This document shows positions 1 to 14,927 of a stretch of DNA of 64,000 nt, one piece after another (position 1 is the first letter of the stretch; every line of letters starts with the position of its first letter). Source of the stretch: Cystobasidiomycetes sp. EMM_F5 (lineage: Eukaryota). Location of the stretch: contig JBPGPT010000022.1 of the NCBI GenBank assembly GCA_051047955.1, positions 1 through 64,000 on the forward strand, given 5' to 3'. A program made the position numbers and the translations under genes. Under the pieces are notes generated by a model. It was not told where the DNA came from. It saw nothing but the letters and a program-made list of their open reading frames with translations, and searched no databases.

Positions 1-2
1 TC

Positions 3-533
3 GCGTCTGAGGGCACCATTGCCAAGCATCGTCGCGATGACGGCGTAGCGGGCACTTATGGGCCTGGCGGCTCAAACACTTATGTCGGTGACCCTGGAGA
101 AGGCTACACCATCGTACGTGCGAAGCGACAGGATGGCTTGGAGCCTGTCGGAACCATAGGGTCCGTGGCAGACAGACACCGTCCAAGAAAAGAGGATGGA
201 CTCGACGCTATCGCAGTACCGACACAATCGCCAGCAAGACGCGCAATAGATTCTTTAGCACCACGGACTACGTCTACACCGGATGACGGGAAACCTAGCT
301 CCAAAGCCAAACGTGAATCACAAGAGACGAGCTCGTCTAAAGCCCAGTCGAGCAAGAGCGCGTCTGCAAAGGCGGACAAGACCAAACCAGCCGACAAGAA
401 AGATAAGCCCCCTTCAACGACCTCCTCTACAGCATCTGCGACTACCAGCAATCATGCCGTCCGAGAAATGATCCCCGCTTTACTTATAGCTTGCGTCTCG
501 GCGGTTCTCGTCATGTTCTGTCTGTCTTTTTAG
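3..533 (+). CDS. 3' part of a probable secreted/GPI-anchored protein with dibasic-delimited repeats (5' end outside window)
   Basis: Frame open from position 3 (ASEGTIAKHRRDDGV...AKRQDGL...PRKEDGL...), then a Ser/Thr/Lys-rich stalk and a hydrophobic C-terminus (SNHAVREMIPALLIACVSAVLVMFCLSF*) typical of a GPI signal. Confidence 0.6.
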   Translation, partial: ASEGTIAKHRRDDGVAGTYGPGGSNTYVGDPGEGYTIVRAKRQDGLEPVGTIGSVADRHRPRKEDGLDAIAVPTQSPARRAIDSLAPRTTSTPDDGKPSSKAKRESQETSSSKAQSSKSASAKADKTKPADKKDKPPSTTSSTASATTSNHAVREMIPALLIACVSAVLVMFCLSF

Positions 534-795
534 CCTATCGCGAAGGCAGAGTGGTTTTGTAACCGGCGTGTGTATTCTACGTATACCTCAACATGTAACA
601 AATGAGCTTTTGCGCTGTTTGAATTTCGCTCAGGACGCTCCGTCAGGGTTGCCGAAACGTTAGCGCCGACAAGCATATCTGTTCGGCTTTAAGACGCGAC
701 CATTATGATGCCATCGTTTGCTTTGTGCGACTGTTCTTCATTCCCGTGTTTCTTTCTTTCTTACCGCTGACTTCCTACTAACGATAAGCAACAAG

Positions 796-2047
<1,252 letters not shown>

Positions 2048-2205
2048 AAGCTGTTGTCGAGCGTAGTAATCCCAAGACGAGCTTGTCTGATATCTTGCTT
2101 CAAGTCTCTAATCGAGGTACATTACTGTTCAGACGTCGTCAGCGCATAACTTGGTCGTCGTCTGTTTTGCTCCCAACTGGCCATCCGCCATCATCACTGC
2201 ACACC

Positions 2206-3147
2206 ATGGACTGCCAGATTGGAATATGCGGCGGCACTGGAGGGGACGGCTATGTTATTCTGGCCAGCGACTGCAACGCCGCGCGGTCCATTGTGGTCAG
2301 TGGAGTATATCGTGAAGATGGGAACAGAACAGCCAGACTGAGCGAGGTAAACGTGTACAATCTCTCCCATTCTTCTTCGATAGAAAATGAAGGGAGACCT
2401 CGACAAGATGATGGTCGTCGGGTCGCGGCAGGTTATATGTTACAGTGGTGAACCTGGAGGTGCTGCAATTGTCAATCAGCATTCAAGGCAAGATACAAGC
2501 TGACACTGTACATCACGTACGTAGACACCACACAGATGGCAGAATACATTCAGGCGAACCTGTAGGCTGCTCTCGAAATTCGTCATCGACGTATATTCGA
2601 CGGCAATCTGACACCCACGCGGATCACAACAGGAAACTAGCTGCGATAAGAGCAAATGGAGACATGTCACCACACGCCGCTGCCAATTGGATGCGCAATC
2701 AGATGGCTTCGTCAATTCGGTCGAGATCCCCAAAAGCCGTCAGCTTGTTATTCGGAGGATACGACGTCAACAGAAAGACTGCCTCCCTCTATTCCATCGA
2801 CCAACTAGGAACTCTCAACAAATCCCCTTTTGCCTGTCACGGCTACGCTTCCTACTTTTGCATGTCTACCCTCGACCGATATCACGAGCCAAGTCAAGGA
2901 TGGGAGAAGGGCATCGAGACGCTCAAGAAGTGCATCAGTGAATTGCAAATCCGGTTTATTATCAACTTGTACGTCCATTTTGCGGTTTCCTAGCGGCGTC
3001 ACAATATTAAATCTCTGCTACCATACTTGCAGAGGGACATGGAAAGTCCGTGTCATTACCAAGGATGGCATCAAGGAAATCACAATCGATGACGTGAGAG
3101 CACCGGCGAACGCGAGAGCGCCGCAGGATGCGCAGATGGAGGCATAG
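2206..3147 (+). CDS. PRE1: 20S proteasome subunit beta-4 (PSMB2); spliced
   Basis: MDCQIGI...VILASDCNAARSIV, MSPHAAANWMRNQMASSIRSRSP, LLFGGYD, HGYASYFCMSTLDRY, KKCISELQIRFIIN. Confidence 0.9.
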
Positions 3148-3320
3148 CCAATTCCAAGCCCTGATGTATCAATACCACTTCCGCAACCAGTGTCAGCGCC
3201 TGCAGCGCTGGGAAGTCGACGAAAGTGGCAGCTGGGCCGGTCTTGTTTGAATAAGAGATGCTACACTAAGGCTACAACGAGCATTGTACTGATACTGAAA
3301 AACGTCCTTCCTACGGCCTT

Positions 3321-6300
3321 TCACATGATTCGACAATCTTCTGCCTTGAAACCGAATACTTCCTTCTCTACTAATCTTTCAATCTTCTTCCAGTCGGTTC
3401 GACACTGAACCATTTCCATTATATCTTCAATTCGTAAGGTCCCCTCGTACCTGTCTAGATCGCGTGCCATCATGCCCAAATCTTGCGGGGAATCGATGAT
3501 GAATACATTTGCAGCCATTTTCAATGCAGTGAAATACGGGTTGACGTTCGGCAACTTGAGCGAAGAGACGAACGAAGTGTACAAGTTGAGATCGGCAATG
3601 ACCTGAAAACCACCTGGTATGGACACGATGGAGCGCTTCAAGTGCTTGAGCAGGATACTGCGAGACCTGATGTTCAGATGTCTACTCGACAATATGATCA
3701 TCTTCCGAACAGAAACTTACCCGTGAAGACGCAAGCCGACCTCCTGATGAAAGATATCGAGGATGGCCTTGTCCGTTGAACCTTTAAGCATATCGCAATG
3801 TGTTCGAAGACACTCGACAACTGCCTGGGCAGCCTTACTTGGTCCCTCGATATCAACCACAGCCATACTGGTCTGCAGAAATCCAGATTTAGCAGAATGC
3901 GCCAAGGGGAGATCTGGCGCGAAATCGCGAATATCCTGTTGGGTGCGGAGTATATGCTCCGCTTGCTCCATCAGTATGCTAACGCCCGCGTTGAGACCGG
4001 AAGCAACCGAATCGTCCAAGGTGTTTTCAAACTTCTTCTTTTCGCGTACGACAATTGATAGGAAATCGTTCTTGTCGACATAGCGTGCCTGGTCCGCAAG
4101 TGCTCAGTTTGGAGTCACTAATACAACCATTAGAGAGGCTACAATTACTCACCATTTCGCGATCGTAGTATACTTGTAACATCTGTGCAATCGTGTCTCC
4201 AAGATGCACAAGCTCAAAGAACTGTACCAGCGGCGTTACGCTTTCATCGACATCGTGATCCGCCGGGCGGTATGTCTCCATCTCGGTCGTAGCTCTGTAA
4301 TGTTGTGACAACGACTTCAGTATGGTCTGCCGTTCTGTGGCAAGCGTTACCAACTTTGTGAATGCCGGCCGTAGATGCTGCTCAGCCAGCGTTTGACACA
4401 AGATAATGAAGACTTCCTCGATGGCATGCTTGACCTTCTGTCCGTATGCCCCAGCTGGATAGCGTTCCTCAGTCTCGTCACTCAACGTCGCCGTGATGTG
4501 AGAGTTACACTCACTATACCCAGAAAACGTCTGTATACGTTTCAGACAGTCTCTGTCGGACTGTATCAGTTGCATGGCAGTGTCGAGGGAGAGGAGCATT
4601 CCGAATCCATTTCCCTCTCCCATGCTCGTAAAAGACGACAACGAGCCTGATGCAGGCGTCCTTGCAGAGTCGGGTGTATCAAAGTTATCTGCTGCAGCTG
4701 CCGCAACAACAGGCTTGGACACAGAGCTGTTTGAGGAATGATAGCCTCCGACGAGACCTCCAGACATGGCGGACAACGCCATACTTCCTCCATAGGTGAT
4801 GGCGCTAACGCCTATAGCAACAGTCTTTGGTACGATTGTCACTGGCAATAGTAGTGCCTTTGTGAAACCCGCAAGGACATTCCGCTTGACTTGTTGGACG
4901 TTTTGCGAAGCGAGAAAATGTGGATCCGCTTGTCCGGAGTTTTGCGCCAGCTGCCGTAATGAACACAAACTCAGCGTTCATGATTGAAGACGCAATTGAA
5001 TTGCAGGCGTTTTGGGGCTACCTTTTTATCCCATTCCTCACAAATCCCGGTAAGCATCTCCCTCGCCCATTTACCCTCTTCCTTAAGGTACGCATTCATG
5101 TGCTGCTGAAACATGTTGAGAATGACTTTTTCGACTTTATCCCTCGTGACTGCTCTACTTTGAGGTTTGATCGCGACGACTGTATCCACCAATCGCATAG
5201 CCTGACCAAAGCATGCAGCTGTAGTGAGGAGAAAGAGCGGGGCTTCTAGATCTTGTGCTGCGCTTAGCAGAGGTACAATGTACTCTGACAGCACGTCGAT
5301 GGCGATACGTTCGGCAAAGGTGACGAGAACATCCGTGTCGGCTGGAAAGACGAGCGCAATCACCGTTCCTTCTCGGTGAACGATAGCCAACACGTGAGCC
5401 ATGAAACGGTCCATGGCTGTAAAGTCGATAGCGTCCACTTCATCTCCGTACGGCGTGATAGTCTTGCTATACGAGCAGGCGGACACACACTGGAGATCAG
5501 ACGCACTTCCGAGAAGTTTGTAACGCATCCGACTCACGTTAGATTTAGGAGAGGATCCCAACTCTGGTCGTAGAAGAGGGGAATCTTGTTGATGAAGACC
5601 TGAACTACCGAAGTACCGCCATTGAGCTCCCAGAGAGCAGCTGTCGTTTCCCTCATGTCTCGCTGCAGGTTGCCATCTGCAGCCCGTTCAAACTGGGCCA
5701 GCATGGCAGCTTCAAAGTAGTCTGTCGACGACTGCAGATTTCTCCGTACGACAGTCAGGACGGTCTGTATGCGGGTTGGTGAGATTGCAGGAATATTGGC
5801 GAGGCGATTGAGGGTCGACAAGAGTTGAGCGCGAGCTAGAGGGAGCAACGTTGGATGGGTAAAGATGAGCGAGTTTGTCGTGTGGGATTGTAGAGATTTG
5901 AAGTAGGGAAGAAGGGCTTCGTAGTATGCTCGGAATAAATCTCTCGAGGGACAGGGTGATGCTCTGTGTTTATTGTAGGCGGCCGGCGATGCGCTGGGTA
6001 ATGACAAGGCCGGTACGTGATGACCATTGGTGAGACTGCTGTCTGTCTGCAAGTGATTCTTGGCCGTCGTCGAAGGAAATGCTGATCCCGTTTTCAGCTT
6101 TGCTGGTGATGCGCTCGCTAGCCCGATATCCTCAGCTTCGTCGTCCTCAAAGAGCATGAGCAAGTCTTCCTCTTTCCGTTTAGCGTTTGGCTGCAGAGTT
6201 GGCTGCAGAACGGGCTGCGTGCTCCCTTTTCCGCTCGCCGACCGATTCAAACTCGCCGAGTGGTCGTCGCTGTCAAAGGCTATACTCGTAAACGCTGCGT

Positions 6301-6904
6301 CCAGTCCCAGCCCTGCATTGTGTGCGTTGGTCAAGTTGGACGACGTGGAAGCTACTGCAAAGTCTCCAAAGTCGTCTGCGTCGTCCTCGACATCAATTCC
6401 AGACTTGTCGCTACAGCCATTTACTCTGGAGGGTACTACCTGGATTGACTGGGACAGCGATGAGCGGTGCTTTGGGGTGTAGGATGTCGACGGGGGAGAT
6501 GGGTACGAGTATGTCTCTTGACGGGGCTGCTTTGACGGGGAGGAAGCGAGGGAAGGAGGGTCTGCGAGTCGATTGGAGATGTCTGCGAGTCCGTTGGAGA
6601 TGTTCTTGCTCGTATACTCTAGCTGCACCCTCTGCTTTGCTTCCAACAGCCTCTGGGCGGCCTCTGGAACGGGTCCACGGTAATCCATCAAGGCCAGCTT
6701 TGCGGCCCACACGCGCTCATCCCCCGCGATAGCTGCTACCTTTCTGCACGTCCTCGCGAGGCTCACTGCGTCCCCTACGGGCAGCCGTATGAATAGTTGG
6801 ATGTAGCATTGCTCGGGCAGCCTCCCTATCAGGTTTGCTGGCTGGCGATGCCGTGGTCTCCTGGTTACCCGCTGCGGGACGAGGAGTGCGAACGGCCTGT
6901 CCAT
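3321..6904 (-). CDS. RCY1: F-box protein Rcy1/Pof6 (recyclin) with Sec10-like domain; spliced
   Basis: N-terminal F-box (IGRLPE...LPV...LARTCRK), VKRNVLAGFTKALLLPVT, LVQFFELVHLGD, LDDSVASGLNAGVSILMEQ, GGFQVIADLNLY, EMVQCRTDW. Confidence 0.88.
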
Positions 6905-7069
6905 GTGTTGGAGAGATATTAATGAATGTCCGTTTCAGTATGTGTCTCGATTGTTGTATATCGCGTTGTTTGAACTTGGACAATTTCATTCAATTTGCAC
7001 TCGACTCCTGCCAACACACGATGACCATGACAATGGATACCCTATAGCATCCTGCAATTGACTGATAGC

Positions 7070-8913
7070 ATGGCCCCTCCGCGCGCAAGGACGGGCAATA
7101 TGAGCCCGTCCATCAATGGCAATCTTCACAATAACATCAACCCAACTGCCCCATTCACACTCGCAAACACGCGCGAATCCTACAGAGACCTGCTCATATT
7201 CGAGGAGAGGCTCAAGCAGAACGCAGCGAGGTTGGCCGGGCAGCGGAGAAAGTACGAGGGTGGGTGGGGTTGTGAGGGTCTTCAAACGCAAAGATTAACG
7301 CATGTCCATTCCACACAGCCTTCCTCCTCTCCCTCGTCCTGTCGACCGTCACCCTCGCCTACAAGGTAGTCCTCGCCCCGTCCCCTTACAATGCCGTCCA
7401 GTTTGCACTCTCGGGTCTCCTCCTCGTAGCCATCGTCACCCTCGTCCTCTTCTTTGCGACAGGCGTCTACTCTGAAAAGATTGCATATGCCTACAAGTGC
7501 GTCACTGTCATCCACGTCGGCATTTGCTACGACCAAGTCGAAAACCGCTGATCGTCCAAATATGCTTTTCATGACGTGCCGTGTGCGACAAAACGTCACA
7601 CTCTACACAGATTCGTGCCGCAAGCAAACAGAGCACTCCGATACTTCAACATTTACCTAAACACGAAACGACCGCCTCGGAGCTGGTCCCTCTCTCCGTT
7701 GCGATTGTTCACCTCGACGACAATCAGCAAGAGCGCGCCGACTTCCAACGGCACTTCAGCCACGACGTCTGCACGGACGTCTCGCTCTGCCTCGCCGACC
7801 TCCAGTCCTTCCACCGTTCCACGCAGCGGAAACCATCGAGCACGTTCGACAGGCTCCTCACCCCTTTCTTCGCCCACGAGAAGTGCAATCCCTCTAGCAC
7901 CTCTGCCTCCTTCTCAGAACCCAAGAGGAGAGCTCGTCTTTTCATCCCGCGTCACTCCTGCCTTTCGGGAGGGGTATGAGCGATACAGGGCAGAATGGGA
8001 ACGCAGGCGTAAACCGACGAGAAAGGAACGGAGCTGGTATGCCAAAGTAAAAGACTCGTTGACGGACAGCAGTAGTACCGTCTCGCAGAGGACGAGCGAG
8101 GGAACGAAACGCACTCCATCGGCACCTTCTGCAGATGGACAAGATGCTGGACGTGCACTACAAAACGTCGAAAAACCAGATTTGAGAAAGAGTACTTCTG
8201 CAGTATCGATTGATAGCATTTCTGCACGCATCGAGCAGGATGTAAACGCCCTGGATGGCCGATTGTCTACTACATCCTTCGAAGCAGAGCAGCAGAGAGG
8301 TCGACCAGATCGTAAGAGGACCATCTCGCTCACCCGATTACCCGTTCAAGCTAGTTTTGCCCCGTCAAGCTCAGCACCCGTGTCGCAAGTCCATCGGAGT
8401 GCTTCTTCGTCGTCGCTGAGTAGCGCATTCAGTATCACCTTTTCCTCATCCGCTACATCGTCTCGTCGTCCTTCTCCCTTTCGAAGAGAGGACGTCACAA
8501 CACATCCTACATCACTCTCAGCACCTTCGTCGCCAAGCCTTTCGGAAATGTCGTCGAGACCACCTACGCCTGATCTTCCTGCGCGTATCGAGACGCGTCT
8601 GGTGGGTGCAACTACCTCTCGCAGAGAGTTCTTTACAGACCGGCATGTATCCAAAATCAGCGATGCAGAAAGTGCGAGTGATGAGGAAACGTCTCCGAGG
8701 AGCGAGAGTGTCTTTGGATCGCCAGTCAGTACCGACGGATTGAGCCTGGCCGAGAGACGCAAGGAGGAAATGAGGAGAAGACATCCCTTACTCTCTAGAT
8801 CATCGGAATCGTCACTTGCGACGTCGCTGCAGAGTGATGCAGATGCTGTGCAGGAAGACGATGATGCCAAAGTTGGAGCGACCATCGTTAACGATACGAG
8901 ACAGGACGTCTAG
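7070..8913 (+). CDS. SPO7: Spo7-like regulatory subunit of the Nem1-Spo7 phosphatase; spliced
   Basis: YRDLLIFEERLKQNAARL..QRRKYE, hydrophobic segments, FVPQANRALRYFNIYLN, NPRGELVFSSRV..FREGYERYR; Ser-rich disordered tail. Confidence 0.85.
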
Positions 8914-9222
8914 GTCGCCTCTACTACTAGAGAAGCACACATCTGACAATCATTATCAAGAAAGTCGACCCTGTGTGCCAGATTCTGCTCAATCGTCGGC
9001 ATGGCGGTCAAGAACATATTCTACGCTGCCCCAATGCGGACACCGCAATCGAAAATGCACGATTAAATACACGACGCTTCACGAAACTACAGCTATATAT
9101 CAGGAAGATCTGTGCCGGACTGCAGTACATTTGTACATCGGGTGTCACTACATATGGGCTCAGTCAAAACAGTGGGGAAATGCAAATTTGTACGGTTGCT
9201 ACATGGTCGTTGTATATTTAAT

Positions 9223-10287
9223 TCAGCCTAAACGACATATAATGTCGCTGTTAATCATGCCAAAGTATGCGTCCTCGTCTCTACTCCATTCCAGCCATGC
9301 TTCTGCAATCTCATTGAGCTCATCTTGCATTGCAAACCCTTTTTGAAGAGCAGTCTTGGCCCAGCCGCTATCCGGGTGCGCAGTCCGTTCGGCCCACATC
9401 GTACCCCACCACTTCCTCTCTTCTCGAGCATGCGCCTCGCCGTCTTGTGCGACACTCCCCTGGCTTTCGTCTGCGTGGATATGGGCATTCGAGGATGACC
9501 GACTCTGGCCATACATCATGACTGAAGCCGAGACTTCAATCAGTTCTCTGTTGTCGAATCCAGCTTGGCGGAGCCACGCATGTTGGCGTCTTGCAGCATC
9601 TGGCTGCGCACCACCGCTTCTCGCGACTTTATCGTATAGTTCCTTCCATGTCTTGTTGAGGAGTGGTAGATCTGGGTAGATGATCACGCTGTTGACTTCA
9701 GCAGTCTTGAGTGAGATGATACCGCTGTCCTTCTTGCATACTCTTCGCATCTCTCTCAGCATCGCGACGGGATCAGCGACGTGTTGTAGAACTTGATGTG
9801 CATGCACGACATCGAACCCATCGGGATTATCGGTCGACGATAGTATATCCCCCAAGCCCTTCACAGCATCGCCCACAAAGAAAGTCACGTTGGTCGAGTT
9901 TGAACAGGCCGCTAGCTGCTTCGCCTGAGCAATGACGCTTTCGGATGGATCTATGCCAACGGCGCGTCCAGAAGGCCCGACGATGGATGCGAGCGATGTA
10001 GTGATTGTTCCAGGACCGCACCTGGCATGTAGAACAGATTAGCCTATCGCGGTCAAACTCTTCGTACTTGAACAAAGTTGTCTGTACCCAACATCCAGGA
10101 TACTCATTCCAATGCGGAGATGGGGTAACAGATGGGCCGCGCTATTGTACGCATCGCGAGACGTGTGGGAACGGATAACCGAAGCATGATGACCAGCTGG
10201 GTACGCGGGTAAGGCCGTGTCTGATTGATGCTGAGCTTCGACTCTGCCAGTCGCGCCGACATTGGTGCGGTGAGCGGCATCAGTCAT
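9223..10287 (-). CDS. Class I SAM-dependent methyltransferase (UbiE/COQ5-like); spliced
   Basis: GHHASVIRSH, ILDVG/CGPGTIT across an intron, FDVVHAHQVLQHVADPVAMLREMRRVCK. Confidence 0.85.
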
Positions 10288-11076
10288 CTCCTTATACCAA
10301 ATAGGTCAGCTTCAAGCACGTTGGTCGGAGTCGTGACGTGGAAATCCAAGAAGAGGGCATTAGCACTTGGAGAGTAATATCATGGCGGTGTGAGTGAACA
10401 AGGCCGCAGAAGTCAGACGTGGCAGGCGATAATAAAGTCCGATATTTTGATATTCAATACACTAAGACTAGGCAAGTTACGAGCACAACAATGGACTGTG
10501 TGGCAGAATCTTGAAGGCCGGACGAAGATGTGTCGTGTTTCACGCTAGCAGCCGTTATGAGCCCAGACTTGGTATTCGCAGGTTGTTGGCCAGCAGCAGC
10601 ACGCATGGAGTAGAGCCATGATCTGGCAGATTTGTCATATATTGTAAATTGCACTCTAGTAAGGGTACTGCAAATCGAAGAGACGAAATGTAAAAATTGA
10701 AAGGCCAGCTGAAAGCGAGAACGAAATAGTATGTGCGCAATTCTCTTCTGAGCGAAATGGCGCTGCAGACTGACGAACAGGGTGCCCGGGCAATCCCGTC
10801 CATACTGCGCTCGCCGCGTATCGTCTTGCAGCCAGCCAGAGCGAGCCGTGTCACGCCAAATTTAAGATATGCTACATGTTTGAAAGAATTGGTTTGGAGG
10901 TCGATTTTGCACTGATACTTTGGTATGCGATCGGGTTTGCGGTACATATGTGAGACACAGAGGATGGCCGTGCGACATTTACTGCGAGTGTACTGCGCAT
11001 TGTTGGCCAGGTTTTGACGATACATGTGATTGTCACTACGGGAATTGAGGTTTGTGGACGGCCGCTTCGATGAGAT

Positions 11077-13190
11077 CTACGTGTCAAGGACACACATCTC
11101 TTTGCCAATCTTGCGCGTTTGTAGTCCAAACGTTTTCGCCATATATTTTCGCGTCTTCTTGCAGAGTGGCAGCTCGGCCCATGCAGGTGACCTGCACGCT
11201 GTATGCTCAATGGCTTTCCAGATTGTAGGCTCCGGATCGATACCGTACAGCTGGACCATGTCGTCCTGCCACAAGACACGCTTGTTGCTACCAACAAGAG
11301 CTCGTGCTGTGCGGGTCGCTGCGCCGTATGATGCCCAGTGCCGGAGGTAGTACCACCAGCGATCGAGGAACCCATCGACGCCTGTGCGAAGTAGGTCATC
11401 TAGTGACCACTTTGCCATACAGGCGTGGAAGAACAACAGCGGGCGTGGCCGGGGCGGCGGGGTCACGAGTTGTGCAGAAGTTTCTGAATCGCTGCTGGAC
11501 GTCGAGCCATCTGCCTCTGCGCTGATGGGTCTCGCGGCTTGTTGAGGGTGAAGATGGGCAGACGGATCTGCTTGAAGTATACCCGCGATCCGTGTCGTAT
11601 TGGTAAAGAAGGCAGTATGCGCTCGAGAAGCAAAGTGATACGACTCCCCGAGGGCACGCAGAGCCAGCGGGAATGTATCCTGGCAATACAGTCAGTCTTC
11701 TGCGATTCGCTCAAAAGAGATTTAGCATACCTTGTCACCCCATCCTGGCGCCGATGTGCCAGTAATCAAGTCATAGTAGTACTCTGGCCCGAACGAATTG
11801 TAGTAGATGGCGAGCAGTAGCGACTTTATATATAGCAACGGTTAGCGGAGAGTATTATATTCATGTGGCAAAAATGTCAGGAATGGTTCTCTCGGTCACC
11901 AAACAAAGCGAATGCACACTGACCTTCCAATGTCGCTGCTTGTTCCACACAATCTGACCGGACTCGACAGTCTGCTCGTCGAAGAAGAGTGCAGACGGCG
12001 TGTCGCGGATGCCAGCTACAAACGGCAGCCAGTCTGATCCTGAATGCCTCCAGTAGTCTGGCCAGAGGATGGCACCGTGTTTGGCGTAGGCCTTGGAGTC
12101 GAAGAGAGCATCTGGATTTGAGATTGCAAAGTTGTCTGCGTCGAGAAAGAGTACTTCTTCGAATGACGAAAATAGCATAGCGAGAGGCTTGTACAGGTAG
12201 CCGTTGGGCGGTCGAGACCCAATGCTCCCGGGAGAGGGTGCTTCGAGATTGTAGTCTGACAGTCGTCGACACGCAATACCTTCTCGTGCTAGTTCGTCAC
12301 ACCAGCCTGGGGTTTCATCGTCTTGGTCCTTGAACCACAGCTCGACTGGCAGTTTTGATCCAGACTCGCGTAGCATGCCTAGAGCTGTCGCGGCGTAACC
12401 TGAATACCTCGCACCGGCAAACATGACTACGCCTCTACCGTTGAAGATGTTGTTGGCGGGATAATTTAACAATCTGTCAATGACGGCCTTGTGCGCATCC
12501 CGAGTCTGCTGCGCATTTTGAGCATCGATAGCACCTCTCCAGCCCGACACGGGCGCGTGCGCTTCAAACGAGTGTTGCAGCTCGCTCCACATTGTCGCCA
12601 GTGTCAGTTTGTGCTCGTCATCGAGATCTCGAGGGGGTTGGACATTGTTCGGATTTGTGCGGGCGATACTTATCGGGCAAGCGGTGAGGGATGCAGGATT
12701 GGAGGAGTCGTCTGTGTAAGCATAGTCGACTTGATGTGAAAGACTCGATGGCACTTGATCATCATCGTCTATCGGATGGATCGTCGAGCTGCTCCCGGCT
12801 GGATTCCACTTTACGACGGTTGGCGAGGACGAGGAGCTGGGAATGATGTCGGGCACAACCTGTGCAGTGTACGGTGTTGACGCTGACGCCGTGTGCCGTC
12901 GCAACACAACACACAACCCGAGAATGGTCACAAATGCACCGCCAAGGAGTACACGTTTTCTCGAGTACGGGCTTGGGAATGAAGCTGAGGACGGCGGGAG
13001 TCAGCGATGAGCACCTCGCACTCACACTCACACCCCACTCACACCGTCGCAGTCCAACGATAGGCATAGGCCCCCACTCTGCGGCCATGTTTGCACCGCT
13101 GCTGCTGGCGATGCTCGACCTGGTGCTGCTCCCAGACTCGCTCCCTCCCTTTTCGAGCAGCGAGGCCGACAGCATTGCCATTCCAGCCAT
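11077..13190 (-). CDS. GT71 alpha-1,2-mannosyltransferase (Mnn2/Mnn5-like), copy 1
   Basis: Type II anchor (RKRVLLGGAFVTILGLCVVL), GRGVVMFAG, LRESGSKLPVELW, SSFEEVLFLDADN, LWPDYW, ESGQIVWNKQRHWK, GWGDK/DTFPLAL; introns after HWK and GDK. Confidence 0.88.
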
Positions 13191-13485
13191 ATCGCTGCTG
13201 CTGCAGTCACAGCGTTGCCCAGCTGTTCGCTGTCCGGGCATCGTTTCAATAAAACCACAAAGTTGTAGACTCGCTGTTTTGCGACGCCGCAAATGGCCCT
13301 GTTGGTGCCTGAAAACCCCGATCAGGCGACCTTTATTATCGAGGGCAATATGTAAATATATGTGTGGTCGACGAGAATCGAACGCAGGGCTCCGCTGATT
13401 ACAATACTAATCTCGACAAACAGATACAATCCATTTCTAATCAAATATAGCAACCAGGATTTACTTGTTGCCAAGAGGGGTGGAC

Positions 13486-14722
13486 ACCCTTCTCCGCCTG
13501 ACGGGCACGCTCGTCAATCGTCTGCGTTAGCGGAGCCAGGGGTAGCTGCTGTGATTGAAGGTGGAGGTCCTACTAGGACGACTGCTGCTTTGGATCGTCG
13601 CCGGCGGATTGGAAAGACGACTTCGAGGGCTACTACTGCGGTCGCGGTGTCGTGCCCGGCTAGCTGGACTGTCACTGCGACCTGTCGAGACACGCACGTC
13701 AACAACCAGAGCCTGCTGCGCACCGTCGTCATCTTACCGCGCGCGAGATGATACTCGCAAAATCGAATCTGGACGGACTCGGGCTTGAAGCGCGTGCAGT
13801 ATTGACCATTCTCAAGGTACTGACAGTGTCGGCGACAGTCTTGTTCCCAGGGTACCTTGCGCTGGTGACATACGTGGCGATTTGCTAGTTGACGCAAGCA
13901 GTGCTCTCCGCAGTCGCATTGAAGGCCGTTCAACATTGTTCGAAGCCGGAGATTGGAGCATTGCTCATTCTGCTGCACCAAGCAACGTCGTGGACAGTAA
14001 CACTCTCGGCAACGACTGCTTCGGAACACCGGGTTGTTCGGGTGGATGTCGCATACGTGTCGAAGATGGCAGAAGAAGCTGTTGTTTATACTGGATTCTC
14101 CACAGCCAGGATACTCGCAGGTACCGCTGTTTCGTCTGATGGAGGTAGACGCGAGCGGTCAGGTATAGTCGCTCGCAAAAAACAAATTACTACGCACCGC
14201 CAAAGAAATGGCATGAGTGACGGTGAAATCTGAAGGGGCAGCTGTCAAGAACGCAGGTCAACGATGTGAATGAAAGAGCAGGATGCACTAGTGAGCTGGG
14301 ACGAGCCAAGACGCGTTCTGAATCAAGTGATTTGAAAGGTCTAATGATGAATGGCGATAACAATCGGTCTTGTTAGGCATCGCCACTTTTCGGGGACGAA
14401 CGCAAGCTTGAGAGTCATTGACATTGTCGTGTGAACCCTCGGCCGAGAGACATGTGCATCTCGGCAAAGATCTGTTCTGACGTCCTCTTTCTGAACAGAC
14501 CGAGCGCCGTCAGGACTCGCTGTCTTTAGCTATTCGGCGCAACAGCTTAGTAGGGGAGTTTGGCATTCTGGACATAGTCGGGACATTGCTGTAGATTTGC
14601 AACTCAATTCAGCTGTACTCTCTGGGTAAACGCTCGCGATTTGGCGACGCGGCTTTGCATACGTTGAGCAATGCGCCTGGTTCTCAAGAGAGGGCGTTGG
14701 ATACCCTTCTCCGCCTGACGGG
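13486..14722. repeat. Exact 20-bp direct repeat ACCCTTCTCCGCCTGACGGG at 13486-13505 and 14703-14722
   Basis: Read directly; both copies lie downstream (3') of zinc-finger paralogues A and B. Confidence 0.85.
13527..14214 (-). CDS. Cys/His zinc-finger-repeat protein, paralogue A (5 units); 3 exons
   Basis: MPFLWR|RNSGTCEYPGC...FCHLRH VCDIH...CREC ...DCGEH...DCRRH...FCEYH; phase-2 first intron, phase-1 last intron, Arg/Ser-rich tail. Confidence 0.75.
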
Positions 14723-14927
14723 TGTGAAGACAAGCGACATTACATTATTGCAGCCAGAGATCTGAGCAATCGGGTTTCGTGCCCTGCTTCCGCTGCTTCA
14801 GTCAATACAAGAGCATGAATGACGATGTGCAATGGGCCTGTGAATTATCTGACGTTTCTGCTTGTAGGGATCGACACTTTTCCCCAATCAATGGCAGAAC
14901 ATTGGACTGGAGACAGCTTGAACCTCG

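Noticed and set aside
10330..11050. ORFs between the methyltransferase and GT71 copy 1
   Set aside because: No motifs or coherent splice model; treated as intergenic/UTR.
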